Below the pieces are notes generated by a model. The model ran no database searches. It worked only from the letters and a program-made list of their open reading frames with translations, and had not been told where the DNA came from. The translations under genes were made by a program, and so were the position numbers. 53,237 nt of DNA from a virus (lineage: Duplodnaviria; Caudoviricetes): IMG/VR virus record IMGVR_UViG_3300033153_002781, positions 1 to 53,237 of that record; one strand, written 5' to 3'. Of this stretch, positions 38,301 through 47,561 are shown one piece after another (the first letter of the stretch is position 1; each line of letters opens with the position of its first letter).

Positions 38301-38753
38301 ATGTGGAATAAAATTAAGGATCATGTTGATATGAAAGCAAAGGAACTTTCTGAGGAATTGAGAAGCCACCCAGATATAACTACAAAAGAAATGCAACAAA
38401 GTGGTTTCCATCCACATAACATGAATGGTAAATTATTGGCATATCAAGAAATGCAGGTCTTTCTAAATCAGATTGCCGAACCAGTAGATGCCTCTGATAC
38501 AATTGAGTGTCCGACCTGCTTTGGTTGTGGTGAACAGGCTGATATGCCATATTGTCCATTCTGCAAAGGCACAGTCCGAGTACCCAAGCCATCTAAGACT
38601 ATAGATGATTGCACAAGCACACCACTAGGCATTCATAATGATTGTGGAGAAATAGTATATCGTGCCGACAAGCCACCACATGATAAATATTGTTGGAAGT
38701 GCGGTAACATAGACGATGAACAAATTACTTTCAAGCCACAGGAGAGTGAGTAG
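38301..38753 (+). CDS. Protein with CxxCxGxG-type Zn fingers
   Basis: CPTCFGCG...CPFCKGT and CWKCG. Confidence 0.7.
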   Translation: MWNKIKDHVDMKAKELSEELRSHPDITTKEMQQSGFHPHNMNGKLLAYQEMQVFLNQIAEPVDASDTIECPTCFGCGEQADMPYCPFCKGTVRVPKPSKTIDDCTSTPLGIHNDCGEIVYRADKPPHDKYCWKCGNIDDEQITFKPQESE

Positions 38754-38861
38754 ATGTCAATGTTAAGGAACGGTACATGTCCGAAATGCGGATGTCGGGA
38801 TGTTAATGAGGGGGATGACTACATAGAATGTAATGAGTGTGATTATTGGGAGGCAATCTAA
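38754..38861 (+). CDS. 35-aa Zn-ribbon microprotein
   Basis: Hand-translated MSMLRNGTCPKCGCRDVNEGDDYIECNECDYWEAI. Confidence 0.7.
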   Translation: MSMLRNGTCPKCGCRDVNEGDDYIECNECDYWEAI

Positions 38862-39394
38862 TGTCAATGTGCGATTGGTGCAAAATTGGGTGTGCCCTGC
38901 CAGAAGAAAATTATGGGGAGTACTGCGATATGTTCAAGGCAAAGAGGATGCCAATCATATCATTCGGGCATACCTCACCACCATTTGTTGCTCAAGAGAA
39001 GTCAGTCACTAGAAGGAACTGGACTGAGAGACATGCTAGAATCTTCAAAGAAGGTAAGATATGCAAGGCATACTCCAAAGGTCCACAGTACGGTGGAGAG
39101 TGCATAGGTATTATCAAGATAACAGAGACACCGTTCAAGCAACACACTGATGACATGACCCCTATGGATTACAGGTATGAGGGATTTGAATATCTGGATC
39201 AACAAAACAAGAGAATCACTGGTGAAGAATTCTTACTCAGAAAGACATTCGATGTATGGAGATTTGATAATATCTCATATCTATCGGTAGTCCCATTCGA
39301 GATACTTGAGGTCTTCCCTGGTATGTTGGAACGCTATACAACCGATGAAGAGATAATCAAGGCTGTAAAGGCACTACAGAAGGCGATAGGATGA
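38861..39394 (+). CDS. ASCH/PUA-like domain protein
   Basis: KSVTRRNW...G...GIIKIT...DY..EGF. Confidence 0.65.
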   Translation: MSMCDWCKIGCALPEENYGEYCDMFKAKRMPIISFGHTSPPFVAQEKSVTRRNWTERHARIFKEGKICKAYSKGPQYGGECIGIIKITETPFKQHTDDMTPMDYRYEGFEYLDQQNKRITGEEFLLRKTFDVWRFDNISYLSVVPFEILEVFPGMLERYTTDEEIIKAVKALQKAIG

Positions 39395-39666
39395 AGCCTG
39401 GAATAAACTGTCCGATGAGTCGTTGCCAAGGAATACTCATGTTGGTAAGGGGTAAGATAATTTGCCAGTCATGTGAGACAGAATGGCAAACAGACACGAA
39501 CTGGAAAATCGTGGTATCAAGTCTTGAATGCCCATGGAATAACGAATTCATAGGATGTGTCCATGGTAGAAAGCACATGATGGAAGATGGTAAGAGATGC
39601 TCAGAAGACAGGTGTCCAATCAAGGTAGCTACCATGTGCCAAGATTGTAAGATGGAGGGGGAATGA
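39391..39666 (+). CDS. Cys-rich hypothetical protein
   Basis: Multiple Cys pairs; ATGA overlap. Confidence 0.65.
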   Translation: MKPGINCPMSRCQGILMLVRGKIICQSCETEWQTDTNWKIVVSSLECPWNNEFIGCVHGRKHMMEDGKRCSEDRCPIKVATMCQDCKMEGE

Positions 39667-39747
39667 TGAAGTGCTCAGATGAGGATTGTAAGCTAATGAG
39701 AGGTCTTATCATAGCCTGTACCACATGCGAGAAATGGGGGAAGAAGG

Positions 39748-40404
39748 ATGGCTGATATGGTTCATATAACAGTGGACATCCATGAGGATAACTCAAACAT
39801 CATGGAAGAGATAGTAAAGAGGGACATAGGTCATGTTAAGATGAGACATATGGAAACATCTGACGTTCAATTATCTTTCAATAAATGCACTGTTATGATA
39901 GAGATGAAACGAACTGATTTCGATAAGTCATTACAGGATGGCCGGCTACACGATCAAATTAGCAGATGCACTCTTATGTCTAACTTCGCTGTACTCATAG
40001 TTGAAGCATGGTCTCCCTATGTCCACCCAGATGACGATGCAGATGACATCAATGAGAAGATACGCAAACACCAGATGACAATCAGAACTCTTAACCGCAA
40101 GGTAACAGTGGAGGAAACTGATGATGTGATTGAAACCGTGGACATCATCCAAGAGATTGCAAGGGACATGGAAAGAGGAAAATTGAATAACCTTCGAAGG
40201 CCAGTCATAATTCATCCTGGGCTTAGTGGTCCTATGAAGATTCTATGTGGGCTTCCTAATGTGAAAGAAGTTCTGGCTGAGCGTATTCTTGAAAAGTTTG
40301 GAACTGTTAGGAAAGCTCTTGACAATCTAGATTTGTGGACTGAAATTCATGGCATGGGAAATAAGAAACTAGAGAGAATCAAAGACGTATTGGAGGAAGA
40401 ATGA
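39748..40404 (+). CDS. ERCC4/XPF-family nuclease with HhH motifs
   Basis: VDIHE, SD, IEMKR.DF..SL.DGRL.DQ, LIVE; LPNV...AERIL..FG and IHGMG.KK. Confidence 0.88.
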   Translation: MADMVHITVDIHEDNSNIMEEIVKRDIGHVKMRHMETSDVQLSFNKCTVMIEMKRTDFDKSLQDGRLHDQISRCTLMSNFAVLIVEAWSPYVHPDDDADDINEKIRKHQMTIRTLNRKVTVEETDDVIETVDIIQEIARDMERGKLNNLRRPVIIHPGLSGPMKILCGLPNVKEVLAERILEKFGTVRKALDNLDLWTEIHGMGNKKLERIKDVLEEE

Positions 40405-40595
40405 TGAATGCAGATTACAGTTCATATGTCTGGTATAATATCATTATAGACGTGACAGCGACAATATCATGTTCAATAGTTTCTATAATCATAATCAAAT
40501 TTATGAATACTCATATTTGTTGGCCAGTAGGTCTTATGGTCATACCTTGGATATTTATGGGAATTAAGAGTAAGAAAGCATGGAGTGATGATTAG
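40401..40595 (+). CDS. Small two-TM membrane protein
   Basis: Two hydrophobic segments. Confidence 0.6.
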   Translation: MMNADYSSYVWYNIIIDVTATISCSIVSIIIIKFMNTHICWPVGLMVIPWIFMGIKSKKAWSDD

Positions 40596-41024
40596 ATGGA
40601 CAAGACACCAGAATACATTGAGATGTGCCAGAAGGCAAGACATGAACTGCTTGCCAATTGGAAAGCCGACAGTGGAGATTTCGTTTACTCTGACTTGAAG
40701 AAAGAAGTGAGAGTGCTGTACTTCAGTGACCATCATGGATATCCACCGAAGGAATATACGGCTGGGGTATTCAGTATGTGGCTTCCAAGGCAGGATCAAT
40801 TGCAAAGCATCCTCTACAAATCAAGGAAGGATGATGAAGGATATGAGTATGGATTACTTGATTTATTGGAAAGTTTCCAACATTTCACGGATTCAGATTA
40901 TCCTGATGGCCATCATATGAATGCTATAAATTTCTTTGATACATTTGAAAAGGCATGGCTGATGTTCTATATGCTCAAGATTCATGTAAAGATATGGGTC
41001 AAAGAGGATTGGGTGAGTGCATGA
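40596..41024 (+). CDS. Hypothetical phage protein
   Basis: YIEMCQKA...WLPRQDQLQ motif; operon member. Confidence 0.75.
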   Translation: MDKTPEYIEMCQKARHELLANWKADSGDFVYSDLKKEVRVLYFSDHHGYPPKEYTAGVFSMWLPRQDQLQSILYKSRKDDEGYEYGLLDLLESFQHFTDSDYPDGHHMNAINFFDTFEKAWLMFYMLKIHVKIWVKEDWVSA

Positions 41025-41162
41025 GTGATTTCTTAAAGCAGATGGAAGAGATGAGTGCAGAAGAATTGGTAGCAGTCTATAACAGAGCTAAAGAACTGTT
41101 GCCAACAAAAGTAAATCCAGACAACTTCGGTGAAATAATAGGTGCAATTATGGGTGATTCTA

Positions 41163-41726
41163 ATGGTTGATGCATATCCTCTACAGTGGCCTACAGGGTG
41201 GGTAAGAGCTAAGTTCCAAAGGAGATCCAATTTCCAGGATCACTCGATGGCCTATGCAACCCACTTCATGATGGAAGAACTCAGGAAGCTTGGAGCAACC
41301 AGCATAGTGCTGTCCACCAATGTCCAGTTGAAAAGGGATGGTCTTCCATACTCAGGCAGGAAACCACCTGATGACAAGGGAGTAGCTGTCTATTTCCAAT
41401 TGTTCGGTGGATCACAGTGTATGCCATGTGACAAATGGAACAGGGTTGAATGCAATCTCTGGGCAATAGCCAAGAGCATCGAAGCTCTGAGAGGTCTAGA
41501 GAGATGGGGAGCAAAGGAGATGGTTGAAGCATCTTTCAGAGGATTCAAAGCATTGCCTCAAGTTGCTACACAACCAAAGGTTGATTACTTCTCTGGATGC
41601 ACTACCCAAGATGAACTAAGGTCTAGATACAAGAACCTAGCAAAGACACTCCATCCAGATCAGGGTGGAGATGGAAAGCAGTTTGTAGAGATGCTAAAAC
41701 AATATGACATTAGAAAACATGGGTGA
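41163..41726 (+). CDS. J-domain-containing protein
   Basis: AYPLQWP.GW.R N-terminal domain; C-terminal RYKNLAKTLHPDQGG with intact HPD. Confidence 0.88.
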   Translation: MVDAYPLQWPTGWVRAKFQRRSNFQDHSMAYATHFMMEELRKLGATSIVLSTNVQLKRDGLPYSGRKPPDDKGVAVYFQLFGGSQCMPCDKWNRVECNLWAIAKSIEALRGLERWGAKEMVEASFRGFKALPQVATQPKVDYFSGCTTQDELRSRYKNLAKTLHPDQGGDGKQFVEMLKQYDIRKHG

Positions 41727-41727
41727 T

Positions 41728-42429
41728 ATGATGGATGGGAAAAAGGGAATAGAATATGCGGACAAGAGTTGGAATCCATATCATGGATGTAATGGTATTG
41801 TTGATGGTACTTGCAAGGTAGGAAAGAACTGTTGGGCATATCGGAGGGCACTCATGTTAGGGGCAAACCCACAAGTCAAAGGATACCCATCTAAAGACCC
41901 CTTCCAGCCTGTGTTTGATTCTAACAAGTTGGACATTCCACTGAAACGAAAGAAGCCTACAAGGTGGGATACATGCTTCATGGGGGACATCGCCGATGCT
42001 AAAACGGAATGGCTACAACAAATCATAGATGTGGTCAAACAATGCCCACAGCACAGGTTCTATTTCCTTACAAAAAGACCAGATTTACTTGCTCAAAAGA
42101 ACATTAGCTTCCCAGAGAATGCTTGGCTAGGTGTCACAGTCAATAGTCAAGATGATGTGTGGAGGATAGAGCAATTGAAAGAGATTCAGGCATGTCATTT
42201 GTGGGTATCTTTTGAACCCTTGTATGGGGAAATAGTAACTTATCTTGAAGGAATAGATTGGATTGTTATTGGTGCTCAGTCAAATCCAGTTATTCAACCA
42301 AGAAAAGAGTGGGTAACATCGTTGATGGAATGGGCATTTGCACATAAGATTCCAATATTTATGAAGCCTAATCTATTTGGTTCAGATCATCTGATGGAAT
42401 TACCAGATGAACTAAGGATGGTGGGCTGA
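41728..42429 (+). CDS. DUF5131 / Gp37Gp68-family protein
   Basis: IEY.D.SWNP..GC...C...NCWA, MGD, LTKRP, N.WLGVTV, SFEPL, IDWIVIG. Confidence 0.9.
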   Translation: MMDGKKGIEYADKSWNPYHGCNGIVDGTCKVGKNCWAYRRALMLGANPQVKGYPSKDPFQPVFDSNKLDIPLKRKKPTRWDTCFMGDIADAKTEWLQQIIDVVKQCPQHRFYFLTKRPDLLAQKNISFPENAWLGVTVNSQDDVWRIEQLKEIQACHLWVSFEPLYGEIVTYLEGIDWIVIGAQSNPVIQPRKEWVTSLMEWAFAHKIPIFMKPNLFGSDHLMELPDELRMVG

Positions 42430-43010
42430 TGTCCTATATGACACTATATTCAGTACCAAAAGAAGGAGAATTGAAAGAAGAGAAAGAATTCCATAATGCA
42501 CATCTTGGGGCGCATGTTATATGGATGATGCTCTGTGATAAATACATTGATGATGAATACTACCTTCAACAAAGCCATACACCAAAACTCTGGAAATTAT
42601 CGAAGGATGAGAGATTACCAGTCTGGGAAAGAATCGTATTGATGACAACATATGATAAGGTTATTGTGAAACTTGAGAATCTACCGAAAGTAATCTGGGC
42701 AATGAATAAATTCTATGAGGAATATAAAACTAGATATCCTGATAAGGGATGCCACCTACCAGAACATGCGAAAGAATTACAGAGGATATTTGATGAAGGA
42801 ACGGCATTTGGCGTTTGTTGGAATCAAACATCAGTGTGCGATGGAGTATGGTATGTCTATGATACTTGTGAGTGCTGCGGTCAGGATTTGGTAGAATCTA
42901 GATTGTTCGATATGTCCAAAGAAAAAGATTCCACATATGGAGCTTGGTTGCTATTTGAAGTTGGAGATATTGAGGATTTTGAAATAGATGAAAAGGAGAT
43001 GAATAAATGA
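42429..43010 (+). CDS. Hypothetical protein
   Basis: 193 aa with GVCWNQTSV and CECCG. Confidence 0.75.
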   Translation: MSYMTLYSVPKEGELKEEKEFHNAHLGAHVIWMMLCDKYIDDEYYLQQSHTPKLWKLSKDERLPVWERIVLMTTYDKVIVKLENLPKVIWAMNKFYEEYKTRYPDKGCHLPEHAKELQRIFDEGTAFGVCWNQTSVCDGVWYVYDTCECCGQDLVESRLFDMSKEKDSTYGAWLLFEVGDIEDFEIDEKEMNK

Positions 43011-43894
43011 AGTACACAAATAATCATAAAATACCTGATATAGTCAGGCATTGGTTAGAGTTTGATGAGTATGACTATGAGGAAGGAGTAATATCTGCCA
43101 CGGGTCTTCTCAGACCGATAAGAGCCACGGTTCTTGCAAAGCTTAATGATGAGGAGGTCTCAATCGATATCGCGGATCTCATCGCCGCTAGATATGGTAC
43201 AGCCATTCATGATAGCTTTGAGAAGGTCATGATACCAAACACAATCCAAGAGAAAAGGATGTATGCTGATGTTGGTAGCTATAAAGTATCTGGGAAGCCA
43301 GACATCATGAAAATAGTAGGTCAGGGTCCGACATATCAGATGGTAGATATAAAGTCAACATCAGTCTGGACACTCATATACGGATCCCGAGATGAGGATC
43401 ACAAAATTCAGTTATCAATATACAGGTGGTTGGCAGTTGTAAATGGATACACCATGACAGATGATGCTGAGATAATCTACATTTTCACGGATTGGTCAAG
43501 ATCAAAGGCTAAGAATACAAAGGACTATCCACAATTGAGGATACATGTCAAGACATTGAATCTTATGACAAATGGTGAAACAGAGGAATACGTCCTAGAG
43601 AGGCTATCGCAGATTCATTACTACACAGAACATCCTGATGAGTTGCCTGAATGTACAAGAGAAGAACTGTGGCAGGGCGATGATAAGTGGGCCGTCATGA
43701 AGGAAGGTAGGAAGTCTGCTGTGAAACTACACGATACAGAAGAAAGTGCCTTTGAACATCTCGACAATGTGAATGCTGGTGGACACTCTATTGAACATCG
43801 ACCAGGGAAAGTGAACAGGTGTAATTACTGTAATGCCAGAGCATTCTGCAAACAGTATGCTAAGATGTCAGAGGATGGTATAATTGCCGATTAA
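43007..43894 (+). CDS. Cas4-like PD-(D/E)XK exonuclease
   Basis: GTAIH, E, SGKPD, DIKST, QLSIY, C-terminal CNYC...FC. Confidence 0.88.
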   Translation: MKYTNNHKIPDIVRHWLEFDEYDYEEGVISATGLLRPIRATVLAKLNDEEVSIDIADLIAARYGTAIHDSFEKVMIPNTIQEKRMYADVGSYKVSGKPDIMKIVGQGPTYQMVDIKSTSVWTLIYGSRDEDHKIQLSIYRWLAVVNGYTMTDDAEIIYIFTDWSRSKAKNTKDYPQLRIHVKTLNLMTNGETEEYVLERLSQIHYYTEHPDELPECTREELWQGDDKWAVMKEGRKSAVKLHDTEESAFEHLDNVNAGGHSIEHRPGKVNRCNYCNARAFCKQYAKMSEDGIIAD

Positions 43895-43953
43895 TCTAAA
43901 TAGGAGAGACTTCATATTATGAATTATTTCACTGAAACGATTGCCTCCCCCCT

Positions 43954-43989
43954 TGAGGGCTGAAACATGCCCTCATAATTTTATTATTT
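43954..43989 (+). terminator. Hairpin plus T-rich tract
   Basis: TGAGGGC-TGAAACAT-GCCCTCA followed by TAATTTTATTATTT. Confidence 0.6.
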
Positions 43990-44000
43990 GGTGATTTGAT

Positions 44001-44543
44001 ATGGTACAGAAACCCTACTATCGTAATGTCTGGGCACTGGGTCCACCCAACGCTAACTATCCTGGCGCATTCCCAAGAGGTCTTATCAACATGATTAAGA
44101 AGAAATGGTGGGGGAAAGACAGGCTATGGCTATTCTCTGGAAGTCATAAAGATGAGCTCGGAATAACAGTTGATATAAATCCTGCTGCTAATCCGACCCA
44201 TGTAGCTGATTGTGCTGACCTTTCATTTCTGGAATCGGAATCATTTGATTTTGTGTTTGCAGATCCGCCATATTCAGAAGCCGAAGCTAGAGATTTGTAT
44301 GATTTGCCTTACTTCAACATGGTAAAAACATTGAATGAGATGGCTAGAGTTTGTAAATCTGGAGGTCATGTATTGTTTTTGCATAGGCTTGTTCCAGCAG
44401 TTCATCCACATCTAAGTGATGAGTTTAAAAGATTGAAGATAGCGGGTGTTGTAGGTGTCTATACCATTGCTGGATTCTCTAATATGCGGGCCCTAACGGT
44501 TTGGAGAAAGTTAGAATCATTGGAGGGGTTTGGTGATGAATAG
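44001..44543 (+). CDS. Amino (N6A/N4C) DNA methyltransferase-like protein
   Basis: YPGAFP, LFSG, VDIN and FADPPY motifs. Confidence 0.82.
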   Translation: MVQKPYYRNVWALGPPNANYPGAFPRGLINMIKKKWWGKDRLWLFSGSHKDELGITVDINPAANPTHVADCADLSFLESESFDFVFADPPYSEAEARDLYDLPYFNMVKTLNEMARVCKSGGHVLFLHRLVPAVHPHLSDEFKRLKIAGVVGVYTIAGFSNMRALTVWRKLESLEGFGDE

Positions 44544-44808
44544 CGATGACAAAAAGAGCCTATTAGCAATGTGTAAAACGTGCGCAATTATGACAAGCAC
44601 TGGCAATACATTAAGGTTGCAGATAGAAGATATAATCACATACCATTTAGGATATGATAACTTTGAAGATTTCGCTAAGAAGGTACAATATGGCGAGGAT
44701 AGCTCCGATTGGTTGATAGATAAACTCTCAGAGGGGAACTTTACTATGAAAGATTTGAATATGGTAATCAGTGAATTCAAAATGAAAATCAATAGGAGTA
44801 AAGATTGA
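44536..44808 (+). CDS. Hypothetical protein
   Basis: Operon member. Confidence 0.6.
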   Translation: MNSDDKKSLLAMCKTCAIMTSTGNTLRLQIEDIITYHLGYDNFEDFAKKVQYGEDSSDWLIDKLSEGNFTMKDLNMVISEFKMKINRSKD

Positions 44809-44864
44809 TGAAAAGAGTATTGAATTTGTATGCTACTAAAGTTTTAAATATGTACGATACATAA
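44808..44864 (+). pseudogene. Stranded 5' fragment of the C5-methyltransferase (MKRVLNLYA...)
   Basis: AGGAG RBS and TGATG coupling; peptide parallels KILNLYS at 45364; stops after 18 codons. Confidence 0.7.
44837..44851 (+). promoter_or_regulatory. BRE/TATA promoter for the HNH cassette
   Basis: AAAGTTTTAAATA ending ~23 nt before the HNH ATG. Confidence 0.6.
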
Positions 44865-44872
44865 GGTGTCTT

Positions 44873-45364
44873 ATGAAATATGATGGTAGGAATGTCTATT
44901 TTGACAAGAAAGGATACCCTTTGGTGTGGATAAATGGTAAAGATAAAAAGGTTCATATATTAGAATGGGAAAAATACAATGGCAAAAAACCTGAAGGGAT
45001 GCAAATACATCATAAAGATAATGATAAAAGCAATTGGAATATATGCAATCTTGTATTAGTAACACAATCAGATCATTTTAGAATACACGCGGGATGGGAA
45101 AGGCAAGGCAACGTTTGGATTAAAAAGCCTTGTAAAGATTGTAAACAATTATTACCATTAGATAATTTTTATCAAAGAAAAGGATTGACACCTTCACATA
45201 TGTGTATAGAATGTACAAAAAAATATTATAAAAATAAATTAATAAACGATCCTGAACATAGAGAGAAAAAAAGGTTATATTTAAAAGATTATTATAAAAA
45301 GAACAAGGAAGAAATTTTAAGAAAAGAAAAAGAAAAAAGGAGGGAATTGAAATTAAAAAACTGA
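44873..45364 (+). mobile_element. Free-standing HNH homing endonuclease
   Basis: VH...WE...G..P.G..IHHKD.DK.N....NL......H...H, then CKDC...CIEC and a basic tail; visibly AT-richer than its flanks. Confidence 0.85.
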
Positions 45365-45975
45365 AAATTCTTAATCTTTATTCTGGATTAGGCGGCAATC
45401 GTAAGCTGTGGGAAGATGTAGAGGTAACAGCCATAGAATTAGGTCCTAAGATTGCAGCCATCTACCAAGACTTCTTTCCAGATGATACGGTGATAGTAGC
45501 CGATGCTCATCAGTACCTGTTGGACCACTATGATGATGGATGGGATTTCATCTGGTCAAGTCCACCATGTCCTACACATAGTAGACTAGTTTTATCTAAT
45601 GTAGGTAAAAACAATTACAATTTCAAATATCCGGATATGTCTCTCTATCAAGAGATATTAATCCTTAGAACATTTTCAAAAAGTAAGTATTGTATTGAGA
45701 ATGTGATAACATATTATGATCCATTAATAGAGCCTAGACATATAAGTAATCATTATTTTTGGTCTAATTTTTATATTTCTGATTTAGATATTGGTAATAA
45801 AGGTCATCGTGATGGGGATATTAAATCATTACAGGAACTTACTGGTTTTGATCTGACAGGATACGACATCCCAGATAAGCGTAAACTGTTAAGGAATTGT
45901 GTCAACCCTAAACTCGGTAAGCATGTCTTTGATTGTGCATTCAAGGTTAAGCAACAAACTCTTTTTGATGGTTGA
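45361..45975 (+). CDS. Short C5-cytosine DNA methyltransferase; no canonical start before motif I
   Basis: LNLYSGLGGN (motif I), SSPPCPTHS (IV), IENV (VI). The frame is open from CTG 45361 and is in frame with track ORF 45490. Confidence 0.85.
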   Translation: MKILNLYSGLGGNRKLWEDVEVTAIELGPKIAAIYQDFFPDDTVIVADAHQYLLDHYDDGWDFIWSSPPCPTHSRLVLSNVGKNNYNFKYPDMSLYQEILILRTFSKSKYCIENVITYYDPLIEPRHISNHYFWSNFYISDLDIGNKGHRDGDIKSLQELTGFDLTGYDIPDKRKLLRNCVNPKLGKHVFDCAFKVKQQTLFDG

Positions 45976-46021
45976 AATACGAAAGATAATATTATATATA
46001 GCTAAATACATACATAGGCAC

Positions 46022-46129
46022 ATGAAATTAACATGCCAAAGATGTGAATATGAGTGGGATTACAATGGAAAGTCTAAGTGGTACACATCGTGCCCTAGAT
46101 GCAGAACATCAGTGAAGGTGAAACAATGA
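46022..46129 (+). CDS. Zn-ribbon microprotein behind its own TATA box
   Basis: MKLTCQRCEYEWDY.GK...CPRC; TTATATATAG ends ~21 nt upstream. Confidence 0.8.
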   Translation: MKLTCQRCEYEWDYNGKSKWYTSCPRCRTSVKVKQ

Positions 46130-46653
46130 ATGCCATTATTGAAGATACTGGGATGTGTATATGTGGCCATCCGAGAAACAAACACAGAGATAAGAAATTA
46201 AGGTCATCATGTAAAAAGTGTAGATGCACATCATATACACCAGCAGTACAGGCTGCTGAAGGATTGATAGCCAAAGAACACGAACCAGAATGTACATGTG
46301 GCCCATGTGCCTGGGAGAGACTAATGAACGCTGAAAGGAATCTCCTATCACTGAAGGGTGAGATTGAACGGCTTGATAAATCTCTTGATCTTGAAATGGA
46401 AGCCTCCACTGAGATGGAAGAAAGGCTGGATACATTTGAGATAGACACTGACAAATCTATCGAGGCCATCCAGAAAAGGCAGAACGAACTTGAAGATTCT
46501 ATCAAAGACCTCAAAGCTAAGATAGATGAAGGCAATAAAATCATTGTAGAGCATCATAATGATAATGAAGCGACTATCAAAGACATTGTTGAATATCTCA
46601 CATCAGCCGGTTATTCGCGTAAGAAGGAACTGATAAAGAAGATGAGTAGGTGA
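46126..46653 (+). CDS. Cys/His-rich N-terminus plus coiled-coil protein
   Basis: CICGH...H...CKKCRC followed by heptad repeats. Confidence 0.75.
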   Translation: MNAIIEDTGMCICGHPRNKHRDKKLRSSCKKCRCTSYTPAVQAAEGLIAKEHEPECTCGPCAWERLMNAERNLLSLKGEIERLDKSLDLEMEASTEMEERLDTFEIDTDKSIEAIQKRQNELEDSIKDLKAKIDEGNKIIVEHHNDNEATIKDIVEYLTSAGYSRKKELIKKMSR

Positions 46654-47279
46654 TTATCCTGCCAGACAACATCAAGCTAGAGTATTGCCCAAGGACAAAG
46701 CACTCTGGCGAAAAGAACCTGACATTGAACCATCCACGTAAGACATGTAAAGATAGGATATATGATGAATACGATGAGATATTCATATGCAAAGCCCATA
46801 CATGCACCCATAAATACTGTGTTGAGAATAACATTGAAAGCTCATTGGAACAGCAATTCAGATGCGTTCTGCAGCCAGAGAAAGATGTGGATAAGATTGA
46901 GATGTTTCGATTCCACATCAAGCATGGCAAAGACTTCACGAAAGAACTTGCAAAGGCTAGGCTCGTAGCTGAATATGGCATAGAAAACGATTGTCGCAGT
47001 TCTAAAGATGTCAAGCACATAGGTCTTAATTCAGTCATTGCAAATGCTATATTGAAGCGATATGTCTATAAATATAAAAGGAAGCCGATAGAAGGCGATG
47101 TCCCATTGATTATTCCAAAACACATAATCATAGATGATAAACATAGAAAGGCAATCTGGCTGGCGAGTTTGAGGGTTAGGATCCCATACGGCGATGTGAT
47201 CGATGTCTCTTATGATAGGATTCAGATGGTGGAAATTGATAAGAAATATGCGACTGTATATCTGGCGAGGGGTGAATGA
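46650..47279 (+). CDS. Hypothetical protein
   Basis: GTGA overlap; 209 aa. Confidence 0.7.
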   Translation: MIILPDNIKLEYCPRTKHSGEKNLTLNHPRKTCKDRIYDEYDEIFICKAHTCTHKYCVENNIESSLEQQFRCVLQPEKDVDKIEMFRFHIKHGKDFTKELAKARLVAEYGIENDCRSSKDVKHIGLNSVIANAILKRYVYKYKRKPIEGDVPLIIPKHIIIDDKHRKAIWLASLRVRIPYGDVIDVSYDRIQMVEIDKKYATVYLARGE

Positions 47280-47280
47280 T

Positions 47281-47561
47281 ATGGATAACCCGCGTTGCCC
47301 ATGTGTGTGGATTCCTTTGAATAACTGTGTGCATGGCACATTCATTGGACAATGCCCTGATTGCTTGGATAATGAGGTTGAAGAAATCAGGAATGGTCTG
47401 TTGTATGGGGTGCGAGCATGAAGAAAACTACTAAAAATCTATGGTGTCCAACATGTGGTAAATTCCAAGGATTCATTTGGATAGCCAAGTGCCTCTATAA
47501 ATGCAGTGTTTGTGGAAGAATAAAGGAAAGAGTTGGAGAGAAATACAAGGTGATAATATGA
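47281..47561 (+). CDS. Two Zn-finger microproteins (47281-47421; 47418-47561)
   Basis: CVHG...CPDC; CPTCG...CSVCG; ATGA overlaps. Confidence 0.65.

Noticed and set aside
43007-43894. Cas4 as part of a CRISPR system
   Set aside because: No cas1/cas2 or array; solo Cas4-like nucleases are common viral recombination exonucleases.
44835-45384. HNH insert as a BHB or group I intron
   Set aside because: TAAAG/CTTTA can pair but no 4-bp central helix with 3-nt bulges forms, and there is almost no non-coding space for a ribozyme core.
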